Source: a virus
DNA: 61,577 nt
Virus record (IMG/VR): IMGVR_UViG_3300035670_000212
Span: 1 to 61,577 of that record
Direction: 5' to 3' (one strand)
The notes below the pieces were generated by a model. It searched no databases, was not told where the DNA came from, and saw nothing but the letters and a program-made list of their open reading frames with translations. Of this stretch, positions 1 through 7,923 are shown piece after piece; position 1 is the stretch's first letter, and the number at the start of each line of letters is the position of its first letter. The position numbers were made by a program, and so were the translations under genes.

Positions 1-127
1 AACCATTTCCTTGCAAGTGCCGGAAAGCTGGTCGAATCGGCGGCGCGAAGCGGCGCTGTCCGGCGCAATCCGCGCCACCAAGCGCCCCGACCTGGATAAC
101 TACGTCAAGGGAATTTTCGATGGCTGC
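1..127. repeat. Contig-end overlap, identical to 61451-61577 (circular closure)
   Basis: The same 127 nt (aaccatttccttgcaagtgccgg...ggaattttcgatggctgc) occurs at both ends. One ORF reads through the junction in frame. Confidence 0.9.
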
Positions 128-244
128 AACGGAATTCTGTGGCAAGATGACGCGCAGATTGTCGAGATAACGCTTCGCAAGGATTACGCGAGAACGCCAG
201 GGGCGACGGTGGCGGTGCGTGAACTTCAAGGCGAAGCGGCCTGA
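1..244 (+). CDS. rusA: RusA-family Holliday junction resolvase, C-terminal part (same gene as 61263..61577 across the junction)
   Basis: Open from base 2 in the frame that continues 61263..61577. ...ATKRPDLDNYVKGIFDGCNGILWQDDAQIVEITLRK... is the Asp-rich RusA catalytic segment. Stop TGA at 242-244. Confidence 0.8.
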   Translation, partial: TISLQVPESWSNRRREAALSGAIRATKRPDLDNYVKGIFDGCNGILWQDDAQIVEITLRKDYARTPGATVAVRELQGEAA

Positions 245-266
245 AACTACGCCAAAGGAGAAACCC

Positions 267-794
267 ATGATTTTCAAGGACACCGCGCAGCGCCTGCGCT
301 TCGCATTTGCATTCATCAGCCAGCCCGCATTCGTCGCAACCCTGCCGCGCAAGGTGCTGATGGCGCTACACGAATCCGGCGCGCTGGACGGCAGCAGCTA
401 TTCGCCCGAAGCGCTGGCCGCCGATGCCAAGGCGATGATCGAGGAATTGACTGCGCTCCAGCACCATGAACAGGCCGCGCTGGTGGCTTCGCATTCGTAC
501 GACTGGCCCGCGCGCCGCATCGCCTGCGACCAGTTGCGCGACCACTACCGCCCGATCCTATCGCGCATCGTGGATGACCGCCATTTGCTCGGTAAGCTGG
601 TGACGCGCCACTACATCGCCGAGCGCGAACGCGGTTCGAGCTGGAGCTTGACCAGCATCTCGCACGAATTCAACGTCGAGGCGGAACGTGTAAAACGCGC
701 CGCCGACCTGATCGACCAGCACGCCAAGGCACTGGAGCGTGCTGCCTTGCAAAGCCTGGAGGCGCGCATGGTCAAAATGGAGCATCCCGCATAA
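267..794 (+). CDS. Hypothetical protein with a C-terminal HTH-like segment (possible late-gene regulator)
   Basis: AGGAG at 256-260, then ATG 267, inside ORF 219..794. C-terminal WSLTSISHEFNVEAERVKRAADLI looks like a sigma-region-4-type helix pair. It sits just after rusA, where Q-type regulators sit in lambdoid layouts (inference). Confidence 0.55.
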   Translation: MIFKDTAQRLRFAFAFISQPAFVATLPRKVLMALHESGALDGSSYSPEALAADAKAMIEELTALQHHEQAALVASHSYDWPARRIACDQLRDHYRPILSRIVDDRHLLGKLVTRHYIAERERGSSWSLTSISHEFNVEAERVKRAADLIDQHAKALERAALQSLEARMVKMEHPA

Positions 795-816
795 CCACAA
801 CGACAGGAGAAACGAG

Positions 817-1440
817 ATGGACCCGATACACGACCGAGTGGAAGAACTGACGAAGCAGATGATCGAGCGCGTGCAGAAGGCAGAACTGGCGCTAAACCGT
901 CACGGCTTCACACAGGACGAGCGCGGCGACTGGAAAGCGCCGGGGATGCCGAATTGGGCCGGGGCGCTGGAGCTGCGCGACTACCTGGCGATGCACTTTC
1001 CCGACATTGCCAAGCAGTCCGGTAGCCTGAGCCAGAAGGCCACGCGCGCGCTGATGGAGTCCGAGCAGCGCCGCAACGATGCAGCGATCGAGTGGATCAG
1101 GTCCAGCCTTCCGAGCCTGCAACTGCGGACCCTGCATCTGATCGCTGCGCCGGAAGAGGCGCGCGAGGCCATCGCAAACATCGAAGCGCAACTGGAGGGC
1201 CGGACCATGGAGCGCGACGCGCTGCACCAGCACATCAGGCAAGCCGCCGCGCAAACGCCAGCGACCGCCCCGCCCAAGGCCGACAGCCCGGAGCTGCCCG
1301 CCGCGCCGCCGATCTTCAAGGCGATCTGGCCGGACCCTAAGACGATGAACTTCACACTGAACGACAGGCGCGACCCCTTCAACCTGGCCGAGCGCCACAC
1401 CGAACTGCGGCGCAGAAGTACAGACCTGGACGAGGACTGA
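817..1440 (+). CDS. Hypothetical protein (207 aa)
   Basis: AGGAGAAACGAG precedes ATG 817, within ORF 739..1440. G/C-ending codons dominate. A terminator follows. Confidence 0.65.
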   Translation: MDPIHDRVEELTKQMIERVQKAELALNRHGFTQDERGDWKAPGMPNWAGALELRDYLAMHFPDIAKQSGSLSQKATRALMESEQRRNDAAIEWIRSSLPSLQLRTLHLIAAPEEAREAIANIEAQLEGRTMERDALHQHIRQAAAQTPATAPPKADSPELPAAPPIFKAIWPDPKTMNFTLNDRRDPFNLAERHTELRRRSTDLDED

Positions 1441-1466
1441 GTGTTGCCAGCAAGAGACAAAAACAA

Positions 1467-1495
1467 GCGCCCCGATGATGGGGCGTTTTTATTTT
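1467..1495 (+). terminator. Rho-independent terminator
   Basis: Stem cgcccc (1468-1473) / ggggcg (1480-1485), loop gatgat, then tttttatttt. Confidence 0.8.
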
Positions 1496-1505
1496 CATCT
1501 TCCGC

Positions 1506-1535
1506 TTGCGAAGCCATAAATTGAGGTGCTACATT
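1506..1535 (+). promoter_or_regulatory. Candidate sigma70-type promoter
   Basis: TTGCGA, 18 nt spacer, TACATT, directly after the terminator and upstream of the 1572 ORF. Confidence 0.35.
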
Positions 1536-1571
1536 GGAGTCTCCAAGCAAATCATTAACTGGAGGCGTAAA

Positions 1572-1754
1572 TTGAATAAGGTAAAAGTGAAGGTCACGAC
1601 GAAGTACGGCAAGGAACTGATCTATCCTGCCTCGGAATCGGCGGAACTGTTCGCCAAGATCGCGGGCGCGAAGACGCTGACGCGCGCCAACATCGAAAGC
1701 ATCAAGCAGTTGGGATTTGAAATCGAAGTGGTCCACGAAATCACTTCGCTATGA
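1572..1754 (+). CDS. Small hypothetical protein (60 aa)
   Basis: GGAGG at 1561-1565, then TTG 1572, in the frame of ORF 1506..1754. The earlier start would lie inside the candidate promoter. Confidence 0.5.
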   Translation: MNKVKVKVTTKYGKELIYPASESAELFAKIAGAKTLTRANIESIKQLGFEIEVVHEITSL

Positions 1755-1776
1755 CAGAAAAACAAGGAGAAAAAGC

Positions 1777-3078
1777 ATGAGCGACAAAGACACCGCATCC
1801 CAATCTCATATCGAGAAAATCGCGCGCGCAATGGCAATCAAAGCTGGCTGGAGCAAGTGGGATGAAGCTAAAGACTACTGCGACACGCTGACCGGGAATG
1901 ACCCCGACGATGAGAAGGCGTACTGGATTGAACTAGCTGAGGTTGCCATTGCATCCCAATCCCAATCAGTTCCGTCCGAGCTGGCGAGCCTGAAGCGGTA
2001 CGAGCCGAACTCGCGCATTGCAGTCATGCAGCGTTCGGAGCAAGGCGACTTCGTGAAACTTGCCGACGTCCATTCCCTCTTCTCCCATAGCGCAGCTACA
2101 GGGAAGGTGCCGGAAGGGTTTGCGCTCGTGCCTCTGCGCATGACCACCGCAATGCAGCAGATCGTGACCGACGAGGATTGGCAGTGGGAAGACCTGCTTG
2201 CCGCCGCCGAGGCAATCACCGAAGACCAATACAACGAACTCGCCGCATCTCCTGCCGCTCCCCTTGCAGCAGCAGTGCCTGCCGAAGAGGCGAGCGAGCT
2301 GCTGGCAGAGTGCCGCGCCGTTTTCGATCTGATGCTGGACGGCTGCTATGAGCAGCATTTCGGCGACTTCCAGAACGGCCACGGCGAAGAGATCGGCCCG
2401 CGCATGGACGCATTGCACGCCAAACTGCGCGGCCTCGCCCCAGCAGAGCCAGCGCCTATCCTGGCGAGTGCCGAGCCTGTTGTCGTGAATGGTCAGATTG
2501 CGCGCCGCGAGAGCATCGCTGCCAACCACGATGCAATGATTATCCTCACGCAGAGTTACCCACGCGAAGCAGTCATTCAAGTCGTGGACGCGCACACTGA
2601 GCGTAATGTCGCCGCTGCTTTGGCTACTGCCCGCCTGTCCACCCCTACCGCACAAGGGACGGCAGAGCCTGTGGCCGAACTGTACGACATTCTTCAGCAA
2701 GTCGAGAAAGAGCTTGAGGGGTGTAGCTTCTCGCAGACTCTTGTGCGTGAAGGCAACAAGCAGGTTTGGCGCTACATCGGAAACGGCAGGATCGTAGCTG
2801 ACCGAGTGAAAGCAGCAGTCAAAGACTACCGCCACATCGCTGCACAAGCTCCAGCAGGACGCGATGCGCAGCCTTTCCCGCTGATTATCGACATCGGCTA
2901 CCGCAAGACGCTGCGCCGCGAAGACCGCGTGCATGGCCCGCATGGCTGGCTGCTCTACGACGAGAACGGCAAGCTGGTGCGCGCCCTGAACTTCTACGAG
3001 GCCAACTTCGTGGATTCCGCAATCCTGGCAATGGGCGGCAAGTCTCATGCAGCAGAGCAGGCAAGTGGAGGTGCGTGA
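1777..3078 (+). CDS. Hypothetical protein (433 aa)
   Basis: AAGGAGAAAAAGC precedes ATG 1777, in ORF 1717..3078. Strong G/C third-position bias. The stop overlaps the next start. Confidence 0.75.
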   Translation: MSDKDTASQSHIEKIARAMAIKAGWSKWDEAKDYCDTLTGNDPDDEKAYWIELAEVAIASQSQSVPSELASLKRYEPNSRIAVMQRSEQGDFVKLADVHSLFSHSAATGKVPEGFALVPLRMTTAMQQIVTDEDWQWEDLLAAAEAITEDQYNELAASPAAPLAAAVPAEEASELLAECRAVFDLMLDGCYEQHFGDFQNGHGEEIGPRMDALHAKLRGLAPAEPAPILASAEPVVVNGQIARRESIAANHDAMIILTQSYPREAVIQVVDAHTERNVAAALATARLSTPTAQGTAEPVAELYDILQQVEKELEGCSFSQTLVREGNKQVWRYIGNGRIVADRVKAAVKDYRHIAAQAPAGRDAQPFPLIIDIGYRKTLRREDRVHGPHGWLLYDENGKLVRALNFYEANFVDSAILAMGGKSHAAEQASGGA

Positions 3079-3365
3079 TGGCTGCCGCTGATTACCGCCT
3101 GTGCGACGTGTGCGAGGGCAAAGCCTTCTACGACTCGAATCTGAGCTACGAGTGGGGGCCAGCCGAGTATCGCCCCGACGATCCACCATACCGCATCGCA
3201 GGTGCCGAGCAGTACGAAGACCCGGCGATTAACCACCGTAGCGGGATGCGCCTCGGCTACTTGGGCGATTGGGCCGTACTGTGCAACGACTGCTCTAAAA
3301 CGCACCGCACGATGATTGTACCAATAGAGGCCGCCGCCCCTACCGCTGAAGGAGAAAAGAAGTGA
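3078..3365 (+). CDS. Small Cys-pair (CxxC...CxxC) hypothetical protein
   Basis: GGAGG at 3067-3071. ATG 3078 overlaps the upstream TGA (TGATG). Contains CDVC and CNDC pairs. Confidence 0.65.
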   Translation: MAAADYRLCDVCEGKAFYDSNLSYEWGPAEYRPDDPPYRIAGAEQYEDPAINHRSGMRLGYLGDWAVLCNDCSKTHRTMIVPIEAAAPTAEGEKK

Positions 3366-4384
3366 CCAATACCACCGCATTAGACCTGGACCGCCAGCGC
3401 GCCGAGTTTGAGGCTTGGCTTTCCGAGAACATGCCAAATGCAGGCGCAGTGATGCGGCAAGTCGCTGAAAAATCATGGCAAGCCGCCCTTGCTCGCCGCT
3501 CCACTTCCTCAGTAAGCGAAGGAGAGATGCCGGAACTGCCGGATGAGACCGAGCCGCAATGGTGGTTTGACCTGCACGCCGCCGCTGCCGCGCTCGAAGA
3601 CTTTGGCGCGACCGGCAACGCTGCCAGTGTCTGCAAGATCGCCAACCAGTTGCTCGCCGCCACTAAGGCAGCAGCACCTGCTGATGCGCCGAAAGTGAGC
3701 CTTGCGCATTTGCTTGATCTGGTTGAGCAGGCCCAGGCGCTGCCAGACTGGTCCACCACCGCACCGATCACGCTGACGCCCATCCAGATCGCCTACGTCG
3801 CCGGGAAATTGGCCGACTTGCGCGCTGCACAAGTACCCGCTACCGGCATTCCGACTGCGGGAGAGGTGGCGAAGGCTGTTCAAGTATTTACCTGCAAGGG
3901 CAAGGGCGGCGAATATGAGCTAGTCGGCTATTCCAACGGCGCGGGCCCGAAGCGCGGGGAAAGCATCGTCGTGTACCGCGACACTACCAAGCCCGATGTC
4001 TTCTACCATCGCAGCCGAGAAGACTTCAGCGAGCGCATGGAATGGCTCGGAGGCCGCGCACCAATCTCCACCACTCATACATCAGGAGAGGTGGAGAAAG
4101 CCGGGTGGATCAGCGTCGAGGATGATCGCAAGCCGAAAGGCCGCACGCCGATTCTGGTCACGGTCGATTACGTGCGCTACGGCGAGTATGAAGATGGTAC
4201 GTCGGGCGAGTGGCGCGGGCAGATCGTGACCGAGGGAGAGTACGTGCCCCAGCACGGCGAGGTGGGCGACTACTTCACTAGCTACAGCAGCCCGCACGGC
4301 GACGGTGAAGCGGTAACGCACTGGATGCCCATTCCCGCCCCGGCCCAGCCGAAGGACACCACGGACACCCGGAGGGATGCATGA
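3362..4384 (+). CDS. DUF551-domain protein with a variable N-terminal region
   Basis: AAGGAG, then GTG 3362 (GTGA overlap). C-terminal GWISVEDD...AVTHWMPIPAP matches the DUF551 signature (W..V.D..P ... THWMPLP). Confidence 0.7.
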   Translation: MTNTTALDLDRQRAEFEAWLSENMPNAGAVMRQVAEKSWQAALARRSTSSVSEGEMPELPDETEPQWWFDLHAAAAALEDFGATGNAASVCKIANQLLAATKAAAPADAPKVSLAHLLDLVEQAQALPDWSTTAPITLTPIQIAYVAGKLADLRAAQVPATGIPTAGEVAKAVQVFTCKGKGGEYELVGYSNGAGPKRGESIVVYRDTTKPDVFYHRSREDFSERMEWLGGRAPISTTHTSGEVEKAGWISVEDDRKPKGRTPILVTVDYVRYGEYEDGTSGEWRGQIVTEGEYVPQHGEVGDYFTSYSSPHGDGEAVTHWMPIPAPAQPKDTTDTRRDA

Positions 4385-5670
4385 GCACCGAGCGCAAAGA
4401 GTTTGAATCGTGGGTGGCGCGCGTGCGCCTTCCTTACTGCGACACGCCTGCCGACCGCGCACAGCAATGGATCGGCTGGCAAGGGTGCCGCGCATCTCCT
4501 GCCGCTGCTGTACCAGAAGGTGCGCTGCCACCGCTGCCGACCGAGAAGTTGCTGCGGATAATTGCCGAGAACACCGGCAAGCGCATCAACCTGAGCCTTG
4601 ACGATCTCGACCAATACCTGTCAGTTGCCCGTGCTGCTGTAGAAGCGGATCGAGCGCAGCGCCCCGAGAATACTCAGCAGCAGGAGGGGTGTGATTCCGC
4701 CCTGCGCGCGGAACCGGCATGGCGCAAGACTCAAGCGCCGTGCTCTGTTTGCGAAGGCCAGAACTACCAGTGTCACCACTGTGACGGTATGGGCATTGAG
4801 CCGCGCAAGATCGATCACTACGGCGACTGCCGGTGCGTCCTGTCGCAATACTGCGACGGCAAATGCAACCCGGTATTTGCCGATGAGTTGGCTTCCCGGT
4901 GCCGCGCGGAGGGCGGCGATGGTGCAAATCGAACTACTACAGATTCTGTAGCAGTTGGGGCGGATCGAGCGCAACAAGGCGAGCCGGTAGCATGGGCCTG
5001 CGCGCTCAACCTTGATCACACTCCGATGGAAACGCCTGATGTCGAATGGGGCGCGGAATGCACATGGGCGCCCGAGTTCAAACCTTTTCCGCTCTACCGC
5101 GCTGCCACCAAGGCAGCAGCAGCTGCTGATGCGCCGAAGTTGTCACGTAACGAGATTCAGGACATGGCATTCGCCTACTGCCCATCGGGGCAGATTGGCG
5201 AGCTGCAAGAGTTCGCTGAAGCGTTGTTGGCAAGGGTCGCTGCACCAGTACCCGATACCGGCGACCGGGCACCTGCTGGGGATGCGCGAGAAGAGGTGCA
5301 GCAGAAGATCGACCTCCAGCTTTGCGTGCTCGAATGGAACCGCGCGCAGAGCAAGCCGCCTATCGAGATCGGGAAGGAATACTTCGTCGCGCAGGAGATC
5401 GCCGCAATGCTCGCCCGCCGCGCATCTTCCACTCCCGCTGTTCCGGGAACGAAGGTAGTGCCGATCACGCCGACCCTGGAGATGGTCAAGGCAGGCGATG
5501 CAACCCTGAACGGGCGCGGAACCTGTGTGCTGGCGTGGCGCGCGATGCTCGCTGCCGCTCCCTCCCATCCATCAGAGGCGAAGACCTGCACCTGCCCAAG
5601 CGGAGACGGATCGTTGCGCTGGCCCTGCCAGGTGCATCCATCAGAGGCGAAAGCCGGGGAGGATGCGTGA
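4381..5670 (+). CDS. Hypothetical protein (429 aa), shares modules with 3362..4384
   Basis: ATGA start/stop overlap at 4381. Shares ...TKAAA(P/A)ADAPK(V/L)S... and ...VP(A/D)TG... segments with the upstream protein. Cys-rich central region. Duplicated HPSEAK at the C-terminus. Confidence 0.7.
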   Translation: MSTERKEFESWVARVRLPYCDTPADRAQQWIGWQGCRASPAAAVPEGALPPLPTEKLLRIIAENTGKRINLSLDDLDQYLSVARAAVEADRAQRPENTQQQEGCDSALRAEPAWRKTQAPCSVCEGQNYQCHHCDGMGIEPRKIDHYGDCRCVLSQYCDGKCNPVFADELASRCRAEGGDGANRTTTDSVAVGADRAQQGEPVAWACALNLDHTPMETPDVEWGAECTWAPEFKPFPLYRAATKAAAAADAPKLSRNEIQDMAFAYCPSGQIGELQEFAEALLARVAAPVPDTGDRAPAGDAREEVQQKIDLQLCVLEWNRAQSKPPIEIGKEYFVAQEIAAMLARRASSTPAVPGTKVVPITPTLEMVKAGDATLNGRGTCVLAWRAMLAAAPSHPSEAKTCTCPSGDGSLRWPCQVHPSEAKAGEDA

Positions 5671-6389
5671 ATGAGCTGGCTCTTTTCGCAGGTGCTGGTG
5701 GAGGAATTCTCGGTGGCAAGCTGCTTGGGTGGACAACCGTCTGTGCAGTTGAACGTGATGCCTACGCAGCACAAGTTTTGGCGCAACGACAAAACGATCG
5801 ATGCCTCCGACCATTCCCTATTTGGTCTGACGTTACGAGTTTTGACGGAAGACCATGGGCAGGAATTGTTGATGTCGTATCGGGCGGCTTTCCGTGCCAG
5901 GATATCAGCGCGTCGGGAAAGGGCGCTGGACTCGATGGCGAGCGAAGCGGACTTTGGGCCGAAATGGCGCGGGTCGTTCGCGAGGTTCAACCTCGATACG
6001 TCTACGTGGAAAACTCCCCAATGCTCACTTCTCGGGGACTCGGAAGAGTTCTCGGAGACCTGGCCGGTATGGGGTTCGATGCGCAATGGGGAGTGCTGGG
6101 CGCTCACCACACCGATGCTCCGCACGAGAGAGAAAGAATCTGGATTCTTGCCGACTCCGGACGCCAGCATGGGCGCGAGGGGGGCGTCAACGAACAAGAC
6201 GAATCGCCGGCCGGATGGCTCAAAAAGGCAAGTAACCATCAACGATATCGTGGGTGGCCGACCGAACCCGACGTGGACCGAATGGGTAATGGGGTGGCCC
6301 ATCGGGTGGACCGACTTAAAGCCGTTGGAAACGGACAGGTTCCAAGAGTGGCGGCAGCAGCATGGGATATTTTAAGAGGCAAATCATGA
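5667..6389 (+). CDS. dcm: DNA (cytosine-5)-methyltransferase, compact 240-aa form
   Basis: GGGGAGG, then GTG 5667. Motifs occur in canonical order: LFAGAGGG (I), GGFPCQDIS (IV), ENSP (VI), HERERIWILA (VIII), RLKAVGNGQVP (X). Confidence 0.85.
   Translation: MNELALFAGAGGGILGGKLLGWTTVCAVERDAYAAQVLAQRQNDRCLRPFPIWSDVTSFDGRPWAGIVDVVSGGFPCQDISASGKGAGLDGERSGLWAEMARVVREVQPRYVYVENSPMLTSRGLGRVLGDLAGMGFDAQWGVLGAHHTDAPHERERIWILADSGRQHGREGGVNEQDESPAGWLKKASNHQRYRGWPTEPDVDRMGNGVAHRVDRLKAVGNGQVPRVAAAAWDILRGKS
5671..6375 (+). CDS. Co-extensive +1-frame ORF (234 aa, Trp-rich) at the methyltransferase locus; candidate second product
   Basis: ATG 5671 immediately follows the upstream TGA (GTGAATG). The frame is open to 14 nt before the MTase stop. 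Protein-like composition with WKTPQCSLL, ETWPVWGSMRNGECW, LPTPDAS and NPTWTEWVMGWPIGWTDL. Confidence 0.4.
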   Translation: MSWLFSQVLVEEFSVASCLGGQPSVQLNVMPTQHKFWRNDKTIDASDHSLFGLTLRVLTEDHGQELLMSYRAAFRARISARRERALDSMASEADFGPKWRGSFARFNLDTSTWKTPQCSLLGDSEEFSETWPVWGSMRNGECWALTTPMLRTREKESGFLPTPDASMGARGASTNKTNRRPDGSKRQVTINDIVGGRPNPTWTEWVMGWPIGWTDLKPLETDRFQEWRQQHGIF

Positions 6390-6748
6390 ACGAAAAAGAT
6401 ATGGTTATTGCGTCAGCAAAAGTCGCTGGAATCAAAGGAAAGTGGGATCAAGGCACCTTCGTTTTGAGGAATCCGATGGCCGATCAATGCAGCTCTTGGA
6501 ATCCTGTTTGGGATGTTTGCGACGCAGTTTTCTTGGCATGCAAATTATCCATGAGGATTTACTTCTCGCTTGAAGCGGTGACGATCTACAAAGGAGAAAT
6601 AACGGTCCAAGAAAATGTGGGTGATGATGGGATGGCTGCTCTGCGGAGTGCAATCGTTCAAGTGGCTGTTGAGTTGCATGAAGAAGACAAGAGATCAAGA
6701 CAACAGCGTCGGGCCGCTCCTGCGCACCCAGGAGAAGAAGGGAAGTGA
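6386..6748 (+). CDS. Hypothetical protein (120 aa), lower-GC gene; possibly NinX/DUF2591-like
   Basis: ATG 6386 overlaps the MTase stop (ATGA). ...SSWNPVWDVCDAVFLACKLSM... resembles the W.P..D..qa..L motif of DUF2591-type phage proteins (weak). Confidence 0.6.
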   Translation: MNEKDMVIASAKVAGIKGKWDQGTFVLRNPMADQCSSWNPVWDVCDAVFLACKLSMRIYFSLEAVTIYKGEITVQENVGDDGMAALRSAIVQVAVELHEEDKRSRQQRRAAPAHPGEEGK

Positions 6749-6784
6749 CCTGTTGCGCTGCTCGCACGACACGATGAAAATATC

Positions 6785-6813
6785 TTGCGTCATAAGTTTA
6801 TCTGATATATATT
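6785..6813 (+). promoter_or_regulatory. Candidate sigma70-type promoter
   Basis: TTGCGT, 17 nt spacer, TATATT, in an AT-rich gap upstream of the 6863 ORF. Confidence 0.45.
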
Positions 6814-6862
6814 GTGTCCATGGGCAGCGCAATGGTGCGCGGCGATAAAAGGAGAAGAGAAA

Positions 6863-7069
6863 ATGAAAGTAGCTGCAATCCTGCTGGTGCTGTGCGCGCT
6901 GGCCGCGCTGGCGATGCACTTGGCATGGCGTGATCTGCCGGAACTGGAGGCGATGACGGACGAGCAGTTGGAGCAGGAATCGTGGTGGGAGGCGCAAAGC
7001 GGTCGCTACCGCAACAAGTACAGCCGCGAGCTGGAGCGCCGCGCCAAGCAGCGCCATGGTGCGCAATGA
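6863..7069 (+). CDS. Small membrane-anchored protein (68 aa)
   Basis: AAAGGAGAAGAG precedes ATG 6863. N-terminal hydrophobic helix VAAILLVLCALAALAM. Confidence 0.6.
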   Translation: MKVAAILLVLCALAALAMHLAWRDLPELEAMTDEQLEQESWWEAQSGRYRNKYSRELERRAKQRHGAQ

Positions 7070-7197
7070 AGCGCCTGATGCTGGGCTTGACGGACGCCGA
7101 GCGCCGCCAGATGCAGCAGAACCGCTCGGCGCGCCGCTGCATGCTGCTGCTGACGCTGTGCATCGTCGTCGTGGGAATGATCGAGAAGTTTTCATAA
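7066..7197 (+). CDS. Small membrane protein (43 aa)
   Basis: ATGA overlap at 7066. C-terminal hydrophobic helix CMLLLTLCIVVVGMI. Confidence 0.45.
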   Translation: MKRLMLGLTDAERRQMQQNRSARRCMLLLTLCIVVVGMIEKFS

Positions 7198-7213
7198 AAA
7201 AGGAGAAATCAAA

Positions 7214-7669
7214 ATGAGCAGCACCATCGAAAAGCGCCCCGCCGAGTTGCGCGCTGGCGACATCGTGAACTACGACTGCGGCGCGTTCATCATCCTGAAA
7301 ATCAGGAACATGAGCGTGGAAGGCTCGGTCGATGCCTATGTTGTCGAGTGCAACGACATCGTGCCGACCGTCGTACTCATGACCTTCACCGGCACCTGCT
7401 ACGTGACCGGCCCATCCATGACGCCAGCGCAGCAGAACGCCGAGGAACTGCTTGCGCTGGTGCGCAATTATGGGACTGTCAGCCTATCGAGCTGGGAATG
7501 CACCGCGCTCGACCTACTCGCCCGCATCGATCCGCCAAAGCCGCCAAGCGCCGAGGAACTGGCGCAAGTCATGGAATATCTCATGCTCGGCCGCACGAAC
7601 CCTCCGCGCGCCGTCGAGATGCTGGAGCGCGCCCGCGCTGCTGGATGCCTGAAAGGCGGCGAGAAATGA
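7214..7669 (+). CDS. Hypothetical protein (151 aa)
   Basis: AGGAGAAATCAAA precedes ATG 7214. Listed in the ORF track. Confidence 0.7.
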   Translation: MSSTIEKRPAELRAGDIVNYDCGAFIILKIRNMSVEGSVDAYVVECNDIVPTVVLMTFTGTCYVTGPSMTPAQQNAEELLALVRNYGTVSLSSWECTALDLLARIDPPKPPSAEELAQVMEYLMLGRTNPPRAVEMLERARAAGCLKGGEK

Positions 7670-7923
7670 GCGGCGCGAAGCCTACGGGCGGCCCGGCATT
7701 CCCGGTCGTGATCGAACCAACCGCACAAGGTCGTGCATCTGGCGAAAAACCGCAGGTCTGCACCGGCCTGACGATCCGCGACAGTTTCGCCATCGCTGCA
7801 TTGCAAGGCGCGCTCTCTGGCGCGCTGGCTGATGGTTCGCATCTCGGTGAGGAATCGCCGCGCCAGTTCGCCGAAATGGCCTACAAGATTGCCGACGCCA
7901 TGATGACGGAGCGCGCCAAATGA
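7666..7923 (+). CDS. Hypothetical phage protein (85 aa)
   Basis: ATGA overlap at 7666. GGPAFP...TIRDSFAIAALQG is a pattern common in small phage proteins. Confidence 0.6.
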   Translation: MSGAKPTGGPAFPVVIEPTAQGRASGEKPQVCTGLTIRDSFAIAALQGALSGALADGSHLGEESPRQFAEMAYKIADAMMTERAK

